Virus record (IMG/VR): IMGVR_UViG_637000105_000003
Reading direction: 5' to 3' (one strand)
Length of the DNA: 49,246 bases
Source of the DNA: a virus
Lineage: Duplodnaviria > Heunggongvirae > Uroviricota > Caudoviricetes
Within the stretch, counting starts at the first letter, position 1, and every line of letters starts with the position of its first letter. Positions 18,498 to 28,111 of the stretch are shown here, one piece after another. Made by a program: the position numbers and the translations under genes. The notes under the pieces were generated by a model. That model saw nothing but the letters and a program-made list of their open reading frames with translations, made no database searches and was not told where the DNA came from.

Positions 18498-18824
18498 ATG
18501 ACTAAAAATACTCGTTTTTCCCCCGAAGTCCGTCAACGGGCAGTCCGTATGGTTCTGGAAAGTCAGAGCGAATATGACTCACAATGGGCGACAATTTGTT
18601 CCATTGCTCCAAAGATTGGCTGTACGCCGGAGACTCTGCGTGTCTGGGTTCGCCAGCATGAGCGGGATACCGGGGGCGGTGATGGAGGGCTCACCACCGC
18701 TGAACGTCAGCGTCTGAAAGAGCTGGAACGTGAAAATCGTGAACTGCGCCGCAGTAACGATATCCTTCGCCAGGCTTCCGCTTATTTTGCGAAGGCGGAG
18801 TTCGACCGCCTCTGGAAAAAATGA
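18498..18824 (+). CDS. IS629 transposase OrfA
   Basis: Identical translation to 1287..1613. Confidence 0.9.
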   Translation: MTKNTRFSPEVRQRAVRMVLESQSEYDSQWATICSIAPKIGCTPETLRVWVRQHERDTGGGDGGLTTAERQRLKELERENRELRRSNDILRQASAYFAKAEFDRLWKK

Positions 18825-19711
18825 TGCCACTGCTGGATAAGCTGCGTGAGCAGTACGGGGTCGGACCGCTATGCAGCGAACTGCATATTGCCCCGTCAAC
18901 GTATTACCACTGTCAGCAACAGCGACATCATCCGGATAAACGCAGTGCCCGTGCGCAGCGCGATGACTGGCTGAAGAAAGAGATACAGCGCGTATACGAT
19001 GAAAATCACAAGGTATACGGTGTGCGTAAAGTCTGGCGTCAGTTGTTACGGGAAGGTATCAGAGTGGCCAGATGCACTGTGGCACGTCTCATGGCGGTTA
19101 TGGGACTTGCCGGTGTTCTCCGGGGTAAAAAGGTCCGTACGACCATCAGCCGGAAAGCCGTTGCCGCAGGCGACCGCGTAAACCGTCAGTTCGTGGCAGA
19201 ACGACCTGACCAGCTGTGGGTGGCTGATTTTACTTACGTCAGCACATGGCGGGGCTTCGTCTATGTGGCGTTCATCATTGATGTGTTTGCCGGATACATC
19301 GTGGGGTGGCGGGTCTCATCGTCCATGGAAACGACATTCGTGCTGGATGCACTGGAGCAGGCGTTATGGGCCCGTCGACCGTCCGGCACGGTCCATCACA
19401 GTGATAAAGGTTCTCAGTATGTATCGCTGGCCTACACACAGCGGCTTAAGGAAGCCGGATTACTGGCATCAACAGGAAGTACAGGCGACTCGTATGACAA
19501 CGCGATGGCGGAGAGCATCAATGGTCTTTACAAAGCGGAGGTAATACACCGTAAGAGCTGGAAAAACCGTGCAGAAGTGGAACTGGCCACACTCACGTGG
19601 GTGGACTGGTATAACAATCGACGATTGCTGGAAAGGCTGGGCCATACTCCTCCGGCAGAAGCAGAAAAAGCTTATTATGCTTCCATCGGAAACGATGATC
19701 TGGCAGCCTGA
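18821..19711 (+). CDS. IS629 transposase OrfB
   Basis: Identical translation to 1610..2500. Confidence 0.9.
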   Translation: MMPLLDKLREQYGVGPLCSELHIAPSTYYHCQQQRHHPDKRSARAQRDDWLKKEIQRVYDENHKVYGVRKVWRQLLREGIRVARCTVARLMAVMGLAGVLRGKKVRTTISRKAVAAGDRVNRQFVAERPDQLWVADFTYVSTWRGFVYVAFIIDVFAGYIVGWRVSSSMETTFVLDALEQALWARRPSGTVHHSDKGSQYVSLAYTQRLKEAGLLASTGSTGDSYDNAMAESINGLYKAEVIHRKSWKNRAEVELATLTWVDWYNNRRLLERLGHTPPAEAEKAYYASIGNDDLAA

Positions 19712-19792
19712 GTTCACAGATAAAACACTCTCCAGGAAACCCGGGGCGGTTCAGGTAATCGCAGGCCTTTTTATTTGGGGGAGAGGGAAGTC

Positions 19793-20233
19793 ATGAAAAA
19801 ACTAACCTTTGAAATTCGATCTCCGGCACATCAGCAAAACGCTATTCACGCAGTACAGCAAATCCTTCCAGACCCAACCAAACCAATCGTAGTAACCATT
19901 CAGGAACGCAACCGCAGCTTAGACCAAAACAGGAAGCTATGGGCCTGCTTAGGTGACGTCTCTCGTCAGGTTGAATGGCATGGTCGCTGGCTGGATGCAG
20001 AAAGCTGGAAGTGTGTGTTTACCGCAGCATTAAAGCAGCAGGATGTTGTTCCTAACCTTGCCGGGAATGGCTTTGTGGTAATAGGCCAGTCAACCAGCAG
20101 GATGCGTGTAAGCGAATTTGCGGAGCTATTAGAGCTTATACAGGCATTCGGTACAGAGCGTGGCGTTAAGTGGTCAGACGAAGCGCGACTGGCTCTCGAA
20201 TGGAAAGCGCGATGGGGAGATCGGGCTGCATGA
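19793..20233 (+). CDS. ninB: NinB (Orf recombination protein)
   Basis: MKKLTFEIRSPAHQQNAIHAV... lambda NinB-like by recollection; GAGGGAAG RBS. Confidence 0.85.
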   Translation: MKKLTFEIRSPAHQQNAIHAVQQILPDPTKPIVVTIQERNRSLDQNRKLWACLGDVSRQVEWHGRWLDAESWKCVFTAALKQQDVVPNLAGNGFVVIGQSTSRMRVSEFAELLELIQAFGTERGVKWSDEARLALEWKARWGDRAA

Positions 20234-20757
20234 CTATCAAATCAAATACGCCAGCACACGACAAGGACTGCTGGCAAACGCCGCTTTGGCTTTTTGATGC
20301 ACTGGATATTGAGTTTGGATTCTGGCTGGATTCGGCAGCGAGCGACAAAAATGCTCTGTGCGCTCACTGGCTAACTGAGGACGACGACGCGCTCAATTCT
20401 GAGTGGGTAAGCCACGGTGCAATCTGGAATAACCCACCGTACAGCAATATCAGGCCGTGGGTGGAAAAAGCCGCTGAGCAGTGTATACAACAGCGACAGA
20501 CGGTAGTGATGCTTGTGCCAGAGGATATGTCTGTCGGATGGTTCAGCAAGGCTCTGGAGAGTGTTGACGAAGTTCGTATTATCACTGATGGACGGATTAA
20601 TTTTATCGAACCATCGACAGGGCTGGAGAAGAAGGGAAACAGCAAAGGCTCCATGCTGCTGATTTGGCGACCGTTCATCAGTCCTCGACGGATGTTTACT
20701 ACCGTATCCAAAGCGGCATTGATGGCGATCGGGCAGGGCGTCAGGAGGGCTGCATGA
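20230..20757 (+). CDS. DNA N6-adenine methyltransferase (phage Dam-like)
   Basis: NPPY motif (IWNNPPYSN); start overlaps ninB stop (ATGA). Confidence 0.7.
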   Translation: MTIKSNTPAHDKDCWQTPLWLFDALDIEFGFWLDSAASDKNALCAHWLTEDDDALNSEWVSHGAIWNNPPYSNIRPWVEKAAEQCIQQRQTVVMLVPEDMSVGWFSKALESVDEVRIITDGRINFIEPSTGLEKKGNSKGSMLLIWRPFISPRRMFTTVSKAALMAIGQGVRRAA

Positions 20758-20930
20758 GACGACAGCGACGAAGCATCACCGACATAATCTGCGAAAACTG
20801 CAAATACCTTCCAACGAAACGCTCCAGAAATAAACGCAAGCTAATCCCAAAAGAATCTGACGTAAAAACCTTCAATTACACAGCCCACCTGTGGGATATC
20901 CGGTGGCTAAGATATCGTGCGAGGAAATGA
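20754..20930 (+). CDS. ninE: NinE
   Basis: [23 protein letters not shown]... lambda NinE-like by recollection; ATGA overlap with upstream stop. Confidence 0.7.
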   Translation: MRRQRRSITDIICENCKYLPTKRSRNKRKLIPKESDVKTFNYTAHLWDIRWLRYRARK

Positions 20931-21274
20931 CAATGGATTATTCACAGTTAAGTGATTTTGAAATTAACAGAATGGTAGGAGACATAATTTTTAAAGGCCT
21001 TTGGGCAAGTAAACCGGAAACATCAGGGAATAACACCAACAAATGGTATTACGGAAATGCTGATACAACTTTTGAGCCATTAAATCATTTGCCTGACTAC
21101 TGCAATGATCCGAGCGCTTCATGGCCGATTATTGAGAAATACAGGATTTCTATCTTAGACCAGTTAACTGAATGGTGTGTGGATGCAAAAGGCGTAAGCC
21201 CAATATTTGATACCAGACCTCTCCGCGCCGCCATGATTGTCTTTCTCCTGATGCAGGAGGCCAATAATGCTTAG
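20927..21274 (+). CDS. Hypothetical nin-region protein (~115 aa)
   Basis: ORF with GAGGA RBS overlapping ninE end. Confidence 0.5.
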   Translation: MTMDYSQLSDFEINRMVGDIIFKGLWASKPETSGNNTNKWYYGNADTTFEPLNHLPDYCNDPSASWPIIEKYRISILDQLTEWCVDAKGVSPIFDTRPLRAAMIVFLLMQEANNA

Positions 21275-21461
21275 CCCATCTCAATCCCTTCAATACCTGA
21301 AAGAAAGCATAGAGCGGGCTTCAATGTGCACAGAGTGGATTCTATCTAGGTTTAGCGCATACAGAAGATTGCCGGTAAAGGGCATGCCAAGCAAGTCGAT
21401 GCTGCATATGCAAAAGAATGCGCGCTGGAAGGTATGGCGAGAACACAGGTTATGTGGCTGA
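21267..21461 (+). CDS. NinF-like small protein (divergent C-terminus)
   Basis: N-terminus [10 protein letters not shown] matches lambda NinF by recollection, then diverges. Confidence 0.45.
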   Translation: MLSPSQSLQYLKESIERASMCTEWILSRFSAYRRLPVKGMPSKSMLHMQKNARWKVWREHRLCG

Positions 21462-21480
21462 AAGAGGGGGTTATTAAGGC

Positions 21481-21843
21481 GTGAATACCTACAGCATCAC
21501 ATTACCCTGGCCTCCGAGCAATAATCGCTATTACCGCCATAATCGCGGGCGCACGCACGTCAGCGCAGAGGGGCAGGCATACCGCGATAACGTCGCCCGA
21601 ATCATTAAAAACGCAATGCTGGATATCGGCCTGGCTATGCCTGTGAAAATCCGCATTGAGTGCCACATGCCGGATCGCCGTCGCCGTGACCTGGATAATC
21701 TGCAAAAAGCCGCTTTTGACGCACTCACTAAAGCAGGTTTCTGGCTGGATGATGCTCAGGTCGTTGATTACCGCGTTGTGAAGATGCCTGTTACCAAAGG
21801 TGGGAGGCTGGAACTGACCATCACCGAAATGGGGAATGAATGA
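21481..21843 (+). CDS. rusA: Holliday junction resolvase RusA
   Basis: 120 aa with RusA-type acidic catalytic residues (…DxDN…). Confidence 0.85.
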   Translation: MNTYSITLPWPPSNNRYYRHNRGRTHVSAEGQAYRDNVARIIKNAMLDIGLAMPVKIRIECHMPDRRRRDLDNLQKAAFDALTKAGFWLDDAQVVDYRVVKMPVTKGGRLELTITEMGNE

Positions 21844-22065
21844 TGTTTGAGTTTAATATGGCAGAACTTCTTCGCCACCGCTGGGGGCGTCTGCGCTTAT
21901 ATCGTTTCCTCGGTTCTGTTTTGACCGATTACCGAATACTGAAGAATTACGCCAAAACCCTGACAGGAACAGGAGTATGAAGTCAGAGATAACAATCAAC
22001 TAATACTGTTTTGTTGATTTTTGCTTGTAATTGGCGTTCTGGTCTGATTTTTGTGGAGTAAGTTG

Positions 22066-22449
22066 ATGCGTGATATTCAGATGGTTCTTGAGCGTTGGGG
22101 TGCGTGGGCGGCTAATAATCATGAAGATGTGACCTGGTCGTCCATTGCCGCCGGTTTTAAGGGATTAATTCCTTCAAAAGTAAAATCTCGCCCGCAATGT
22201 TGTGACGATGACGCGATGATCATTTGCGGGTGCATGGCCCGTCTGAAAAAGAACAACAGCGATTTACACGATTTATTAGTAGATTATTATGTATGTGGTA
22301 TGACATTCATGTCACTGGCAAGTAAGCATTGCTGCTCGGATGGTTATATCGGGAAAAGGTTACAGAAGGCTGAGGGCATAATTGAAGGGATGTTAATGGC
22401 ATTAGATATCCGGTTAGATATGGATATCGTTGCTAATAATTCTAATTGA
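22066..22449 (+). CDS. Q: Late gene antiterminator Q (short phage 82 / DLP12 quuD-type, ~127 aa)
   Basis: [31 protein letters not shown]...; Cys-rich zinc-binding region; placement before lysis cassette. Confidence 0.75.
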   Translation: MRDIQMVLERWGAWAANNHEDVTWSSIAAGFKGLIPSKVKSRPQCCDDDAMIICGCMARLKKNNSDLHDLLVDYYVCGMTFMSLASKHCCSDGYIGKRLQKAEGIIEGMLMALDIRLDMDIVANNSN

Positions 22450-22586
22450 TATGCAATTGTTTACTAAAAGTTATTAAAAATGGGGCGTGGAAACGCCCCC
22501 AAAATAAAGGGTAATATATAACAGAAGGTTTATATAGTAAGAAGCAAGGTAGTGCTTCTAAAGGAAGTGGCTTGAGGGCTCCACTT

Positions 22587-22627
22587 ATATGTTGCGGAGG
22601 CAAAGCCTCCCGCAACATATCTTTTTC
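22587..22627 (+). terminator. Rho-independent terminator (long GC stem then T-run), plus-strand; also faces the convergent porin gene end
   Basis: ATATGTTGCGGAGGC...GCCTCCCGCAACATAT stem followed by CTTTTTCG. Confidence 0.5.
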
Positions 22628-22637
22628 GTAAGTCAGA

Positions 22638-23720
22638 TTAGAACTGATAAACCAGACCTACAGCGACGATGTCGTCGGTATCAATACCAGCTGTTTTGGT
22701 AAACTTACTATCGTCAATTAAGTTGATTTTGTAATCAACAAAAGTGGACATGTTTTTATTAAAGTAGTAAGTAGCACCGACATCGACATACTTGACTAAG
22801 TCTCGGTCACCATGAACACCAAGGTCTTTACCTTTTGACTGAAGGTAAGCAACAGATGGACGCAGACCGAAGTCAAACTGATATTGTGCTACTGCTTCAA
22901 AGTTTTGTGCTTTGTTTGCAATATGGTTATTACCAAAAACGGTCATATTCTGAGTTTCAGAATATGTGGTAGCCAGATAGATATTGTTCGCATCATATTT
23001 CAGGCCTGCAGCCCATACTTCCGCATTTTTGCCGGAGGCATTGAATTTGCTCTTACCATAGGCGACCTGACCGTCAGTGCGATCTGATTTAGCATAGGTT
23101 GCACCCACGCCGAATCCTTCATACTCATAAGTAGTGGAGAAACCGAAACCATCACCATTGGCTTCAGTTACGTCAGTGCGGTCATTTTTACCCTGATACT
23201 GAGCAGCAAAGTTCAGGCCATCGACCAGACCAAAGAAGTCGTTGTTACGATAAGTTGCAACACCAGTAGTGCGACCAGTCATGAACACATCTGTTTGGGT
23301 CCAGGTATCACCACCGAATTCTGGCAGAACGTCAGTCCACGCACCGATGTCGTATGCTACACCGTAGTTACGGCCGTAATCGATTGAGCCGTAATCACCA
23401 AATTTCAGGCCTGCAAATGCAAGACGGGTTTTGTCTTTGGAAGAACCTTGAGATTCAGCACGGTTGCCTTTGAATTCATATTCCCACTGACCGAAACCAG
23501 TCAGTTGATCGTTGATTTGGGTTTCACCTTTGAAGCCAAGACGGGCATAAGTAGTATCACCATCATCTGCATCATTAGAGGAGAAGTAGTGCTTGGCATT
23601 AACTTTCCCGTATAGATCCAGCTTGTTACTGTCTTTATTATAAATTTCAGCTGCCTGAGCAGACATCGCCATCAGTACTGATGCAGCTACAGCAGAAATT
23701 GCCACTGTTAATTTTTTCAT
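22638..23720 (-). CDS. Outer-membrane general porin (OmpC/OmpF/NmpC family), prophage-encoded moron
   Basis: 360 aa with signal peptide [23 protein letters not shown] and C-terminal ...GLVYQF beta-barrel signature; opposite strand to late operon. Confidence 0.85.
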   Translation of the reverse strand: MKKLTVAISAVAASVLMAMSAQAAEIYNKDSNKLDLYGKVNAKHYFSSNDADDGDTTYARLGFKGETQINDQLTGFGQWEYEFKGNRAESQGSSKDKTRLAFAGLKFGDYGSIDYGRNYGVAYDIGAWTDVLPEFGGDTWTQTDVFMTGRTTGVATYRNNDFFGLVDGLNFAAQYQGKNDRTDVTEANGDGFGFSTTYEYEGFGVGATYAKSDRTDGQVAYGKSKFNASGKNAEVWAAGLKYDANNIYLATTYSETQNMTVFGNNHIANKAQNFEAVAQYQFDFGLRPSVAYLQSKGKDLGVHGDRDLVKYVDVGATYYFNKNMSTFVDYKINLIDDSKFTKTAGIDTDDIVAVGLVYQF

Positions 23721-24146
23721 TGTACGCCCTTTTTTTGAACTTTTATTAAAAAATGATGTCACTGCGCGATAAATATTCATCTAATCAATGTGATTATTTC
23801 AAGATGTAAGTTTTAGTTTCTCATTTAATTTGTGAAGTAGATCTCTATTTTTATCTGAACCTTTTCTATCTAATCCTATTCATGGCTCTTGTCTGAACAA
23901 AAATAAATCTATTAGCTAATTTATATTAATGGCACTTATTTATAAGTGCTCTATAATTCTTTAGCTTAATTTAAACAAACTAAAAATAACATCGGAAATT
24001 ATTAACTGGTTATTTGTTGAAGTTTTCTTATGCATTTGTGGTGGTGTTTTGAACACTCGGTGGCATTCTCACAAATATCATTTAGTAGTTTACGTACGTA
24101 AAAAATTGGTTATGCTGTTAAGAGTGGTTACTTCGTCACACAGCTT

Positions 24147-24180
24147 AAACCCGCCGTCGAGCGGGTTTTTCCATTTTTTG
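24147..24180 (+). terminator. Rho-independent terminator upstream of the lysis cassette (tR'-like)
   Basis: Stem ACCCGC/GCGGGT with 6-nt loop followed by TTTTTCCATTTTTT. Confidence 0.55.
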
Positions 24181-24308
24181 AGTCTCGATATTAGCTGATA
24201 ACCCAATACCTGAGTTATTCACTGACTCCGAATCTGTTACGTTTCTGCCTTTATTGCGATACGTAGTATCCCCTTAATTTACACCCGCTTTGTCTGCGAG
24301 GTGGGGTT

Positions 24309-24524
24309 ATGAAATCCATGGATAAGTTAACAACGGGTGTCGCCTATGGTACCTCAGCAGGTAGTGCCGGGTACTGGTTTTTACAGTTGCTCGATAAAGT
24401 CACGCCCTCACAGTGGGCGGCAATAGGTGTGCTGGGTAGCCTGGTATTTGGCCTGCTGACGTACCTGACAAACCTTTATTTCAAGATTAAAGAAGATAAG
24501 CGCAAGGCTGCGAGAGGTGAATAA
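24309..24524 (+). CDS. S: Holin (phage 21 S-type class II pinholin)
   Basis: 71 aa with two TM segments and charged C-terminus; S21-like by recollection. Confidence 0.8.
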
Positions 24525-25021
24525 TGCCTCCATCATTACGAAAAGCCGTTGCTGCTGCTATTGGTGGCGGAGCAATTGCTATAGCATCAGTGTTAATCAC
24601 TGGCCCAAGTGGTAACGATGGTCTGGAAGGTGTCAGCTACATACCATACAAAGATATTGTTGGTGTATGGACTGTATGTCACGGGCATACAGGAAAAGAC
24701 ATCATGCTCGGTAAAACGTATACCAAAGCAGAATGCAAAGCCCTCCTGAATAAAGACCTTGCCACGGTCGCCAGACAAATTAACCCGTACATCAAAGTCG
24801 ATATACCGGAAACAATGCGCGGCGCTCTTTACTCATTCGTTTACAACGTGGGTGCTGGCAATTTCAGAACATCGACGCTTCTTCGCAAAATAAACCAGGG
24901 CGATATCAAAGGCGCATGTGATCAGCTACGTCGCTGGACATATGCTGGCGGTAAGCAATGGAAAGGTCTCATGACTCGTCGTGAGATTGAGCGTGAAATC
25001 TGTTTGTGGGGTCAGCAATGA
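24524..25021 (+). CDS. R: SAR endolysin (lysozyme, phage 21 R-type)
   Basis: N-terminal Gly/Ala-rich signal-anchor-release segment [18 protein letters not shown] followed by lysozyme domain. Confidence 0.85.
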   Translation: MPPSLRKAVAAAIGGGAIAIASVLITGPSGNDGLEGVSYIPYKDIVGVWTVCHGHTGKDIMLGKTYTKAECKALLNKDLATVARQINPYIKVDIPETMRGALYSFVYNVGAGNFRTSTLLRKINQGDIKGACDQLRRWTYAGGKQWKGLMTRREIEREICLWGQQ

Positions 25022-25479
25022 ACAGAGTAACCGCGATTATCTCCGCTCTGGTTATCTGCATCATCGTCTGCCTGTCATGGGCTGTTAATCATTACCGTGA
25101 TAACGCCATTACCTACAAAGCCCAGCGCGACAAAAATGCCAGAGAACTGACGCTGGCGAACGCGGCAATTACTGACATACAGATGCGTCAGCGTGATGTT
25201 GCTGCGCTCGATGCAAAATACACGAAGGAGTTAGCTGATGCGAAAGCTGAAAATGATGCTCTGCGTGATGATGTTGCCGCTGGTCGTCGTCGGTTGCACA
25301 TCAAAGCAGTCTGTCAGTCAGTGCGTGAAGCCACCACCGCCTCCGGCGTGGATAATGCAGCCTCCCCCCGACTGGCAGACACCGCTGAACGGGATTATTT
25401 CACCCTCAGAGAGAGGCTGATCACTATGCAAAAACAACTGGAAGGAACCCAGAAGTATATTAATGAGCAGTGCAGATAG
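25018..25479 (+). CDS. Rz: Rz i-spanin
   Basis: N-terminal TM then coiled-coil; embedded Rz1 in +1 frame. Confidence 0.8.
   Translation: MNRVTAIISALVICIIVCLSWAVNHYRDNAITYKAQRDKNARELTLANAAITDIQMRQRDVAALDAKYTKELADAKAENDALRDDVAAGRRRLHIKAVCQSVREATTASGVDNAASPRLADTAERDYFTLRERLITMQKQLEGTQKYINEQCR
25238..25420 (+). CDS. Rz1: Rz1 o-spanin lipoprotein (embedded in Rz)
   Basis: Lipobox LVVVGC and proline-rich mature region [15 protein letters not shown]. Confidence 0.75.
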   Translation: MRKLKMMLCVMMLPLVVVGCTSKQSVSQCVKPPPPPAWIMQPPPDWQTPLNGIISPSERG

Positions 25480-25510
25480 AGCTGCCCATATCGATGGGCA
25501 ACTCATGCAA

Positions 25511-25804
25511 TTATTGTGAGCAATACACACGCGCTTCCAGCGGAGTATAAATGCCTAAAGTAATAAAACCGAGCAATCCATTTACGAATGTTTGCTGGGT
25601 TTCTGTTTTAACAACATTTTCTGCACCACCACAAATTTTTGCTGCATCGACAGTTTTCTTCTGCCCAATTCCCGAAACGAAGAAATGATGGGTGATGGTT
25701 TCCTTTGGTGTTACTGCTGTAGGTTTGTTTCCAACAGTAAACGTCTGTTGAGCACATCCTGTAATAAGCATTGCCAGAGCGGCAGAAAACAACATTTTTT
25801 TCAT
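25511..25804 (-). CDS. bor: Bor serum-resistance lipoprotein
   Basis: MKKMLFSAALAMLITGCAQQ... lambda Bor-like by recollection; lipobox. Confidence 0.85.
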   Translation of the reverse strand: MKKMLFSAALAMLITGCAQQTFTVGNKPTAVTPKETITHHFFVSGIGQKKTVDAAKICGGAENVVKTETQQTFVNGLLGFITLGIYTPLEARVYCSQ

Positions 25805-26284
25805 CTTATTATCCTGCATTGTTAAAAACGGCAGAATCCTATGTGACAACAATTAAACGATAGTTAAATGGATTGATGAAAATTAAAACTACACAGGTGG
25901 GCTCAGACTATTGGAGGAAGTTGGGGACACTCAGAATCCTGTGGAATGAAATAAACCGGTCTATCCGTCCATTACCCTTTTAGCTGCGCTGTATCGTCGC
26001 CGTATTCCCGCATTAACCATGACCGTAGCCCGACGGGGAATTCCTTCTGCGTGAGTGTGCGGGAATAATTAAAAACGATGCACACCGGGTTTTTACCGCG
26101 TTAATGATTCGCGGGTTTATCCCGGTGCGATGGTGGAAGAAACAGGAAGCTGTATTACAGAAAGTGCTACTACTGTATCCCGATGCGATGTATGTAATGT
26201 GAGTCAGATAATGGCACAGGATGTGGTGATGTGGCAGTCTGGAACACAGGATATATTGTCAGAATAAGACCCGTAGGAATAAAA

Positions 26285-26611
26285 ATGAAAAGACGCCTTT
26301 TACTACTTTTTCTGTTATCTGTCCTGGCAGTGGGATGCTCGCAGCAAAAAGCTGATGAGCCCCGGCAATTAGTGACGGTGTATCCACGATATCCGGAATA
26401 TGCTGCAGCAAATTATATCAAGGGGCTGGTTGAGGTTAAGTTCGATATTGGTGCTGATGGGACTGTGACACGGATCGTTTTTCTCCGCTCAGAGCCTCAT
26501 AATTTGTTTCGTGATGAAGTGGTGAAGGCCATGGCGAAATGGCGATTTGAAAAGAATCGCCCCTGTCAGGGAGTGAAGAGACAATTTATCTTTACGCCGT
26601 CACGTCCTTGA
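26285..26611 (+). CDS. Lipoprotein with TonB C-terminal-like domain (108 aa)
   Basis: Lipobox LAVGCSQQ; YP...Y..A...G.EG.V.VKF.I..DG.V motif pattern resembling TonB_C. Confidence 0.6.
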   Translation: MKRRLLLLFLLSVLAVGCSQQKADEPRQLVTVYPRYPEYAAANYIKGLVEVKFDIGADGTVTRIVFLRSEPHNLFRDEVVKAMAKWRFEKNRPCQGVKRQFIFTPSRP

Positions 26612-26974
26612 TGCTTCCAGGTAGAGAGGGGCTGGAAGCAGGAGAAAAATGAAAGAGCCAGCGGTTATATTTTTGTCATGGCTGACGAGGAATGATGGAA
26701 GAAGGCGTTGTATGCCACACAACGCCTCACTGTTCATTTCTTCTTTTTCTCTGGTGGAACCCGATGAATAAGAGTTGCACTGGTTTCCGATGAGATGGCG
26801 ATATACTCGGGCAAAGTATGCTGGCAGTTTTCCAACTGGTCAAAAATACCTGCTCTCGTCTGTTGCAATGCCTGCAGCATGCGGCGGCAATGCGCCTTGC
26901 TTTTACTAACCATCTTTCCTTCCTCTATCAGTCGCTGCGTGAACTCATCATGGAATACCAGGTAAATGCGGATG

Positions 26975-27226
26975 TTATCGGTTTTGGCTACGCAGCATAG
27001 TACAAAACGGACAGGTGCATCCCGGGACGGGGGAGGCGTCACATGTCCCTGTGATGGTTGTTCCGGGTAATGTACTGTGTGGGGCATAAAAATGTCCGAT
27101 AATTTTACTTTCTACCGCAGTTAGTTGATTCGTTGGTCCTGGTAGCACATTGGGCGAGGATTTAAATGCCAGGCAACTGAAGGATGATGTCGCAAGGGAG
27201 ATAGCGAGAATATTTCTGATTTTCAT
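26975..27226 (-). CDS. Hypothetical small secreted Cys-rich protein (~83 aa)
   Basis: Signal-peptide-like N-terminus MKIRNILAISLATSSFSCLA; overlapping alternative ORFs make this uncertain. Confidence 0.3.
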   Translation of the reverse strand: MKIRNILAISLATSSFSCLAFKSSPNVLPGPTNQLTAVESKIIGHFYAPHSTLPGTTITGTCDASPVPGCTCPFCTMLRSQNR

Positions 27227-27374
27227 TTGATGATGCCTCTGTGTGAAATGACGGTAAACGACGCACTTGTGCCGGCACATAATAGCAAGCACCATAATAG
27301 ATCAGATTCGATTCTTGCTGTAAGTGATAATTATTCTCGTTTTCGGGTCCTTTCCGTCGATCCAACAGGTTACG

Positions 27375-27386
27375 GGGCGGCGACCT
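27375..27386. other. cosN cohesive-end site (GGGCGGCGACCT) with cosB region extending to Nu1
   Basis: Exact lambda 12-nt cohesive end followed by CGCGGTTTTTCACTATTTATGAAAATTTT, ~180 bp upstream of Nu1. Confidence 0.8.
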
Positions 27387-27562
27387 CGCGGTTTTTCACT
27401 ATTTATGAAAATTTTTCAGGGAAAATCGTGTCGGTACTTCTCGAATATAACTTTTTGTTTTTTTTAATATTGCATCCGTAAAGGTCCGACATGAAAGTGT
27501 CCGAAAATGCCTTTTTCTGGCGTTTTCATGTCGGGCCTTGTATTTGATAATGGGTTGTTTTC

Positions 27563-28111
27563 ATGAAGGTTAATAAAAAGAGGCTTGCCGAAATTTTCAA
27601 CGTGGACCCGCGGACGATTGAACGCTGGCAGTCTCAGGGACTCCCTTGCGCCTCCAAAGGTAGTAAGGGCATTGAATCTGTATTTGATACTGCCATGGCA
27701 ATTCAGTGGTATGCGCAGAGGGAAACTGATATCGAAAACGAAAAGCTCCGCAAAGAACTGGACGATTTGCGTGCGGCAGCGGAGTCAGATTTACAACCCG
27801 GCACCATTGACTATGAACGCTACCGGCTCACAAAAGCGCAGGCAGATGCGCAGGAACTGAAAAATGCCCGTGAAGACGGAGTAGTGCTGGAAACTGAACT
27901 GTTTACCTTCATTCTGCAACGTGTGGCACAGGAGATTTCGGGGATACTTGTGCGTGTGCCGTTGACATTACAGCGTAAATATCCGGACATTTCACCATCA
28001 CACCTTGATGTGGTGAAAACTGAAATCGCGAAAGCCTCCAATGTTGCAGCTAAGGCCGGTGAAAACGTGGGCGGGTGGATCGATGATTTCAGACGCGCAG
28101 AAGGCAGCTAA
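27563..28111 (+). CDS. Nu1: Terminase small subunit Nu1
   Basis: 182 aa, lambda Nu1-like by recollection; follows cos. Confidence 0.85.

Larger units (their letters stand above)
18444..19753 (+). mobile_element. IS629 (IS3 family) copy 2, 1310 bp, flanked by 3-bp direct repeat GGT
   Basis: Same terminal repeats and identical OrfA/OrfB translations as copy 1; GGT at 18441-18443 and 19754-19756; intergenic between ren and ninB. Confidence 0.9.

Noticed and set aside
22450-22500. Possible late promoter pR' / qut immediately after Q (TTGATA ... hairpin)
   Set aside because: No convincing -10 element at proper spacing and I cannot recall the phage 82-type qut sequence; position of pR' left unassigned
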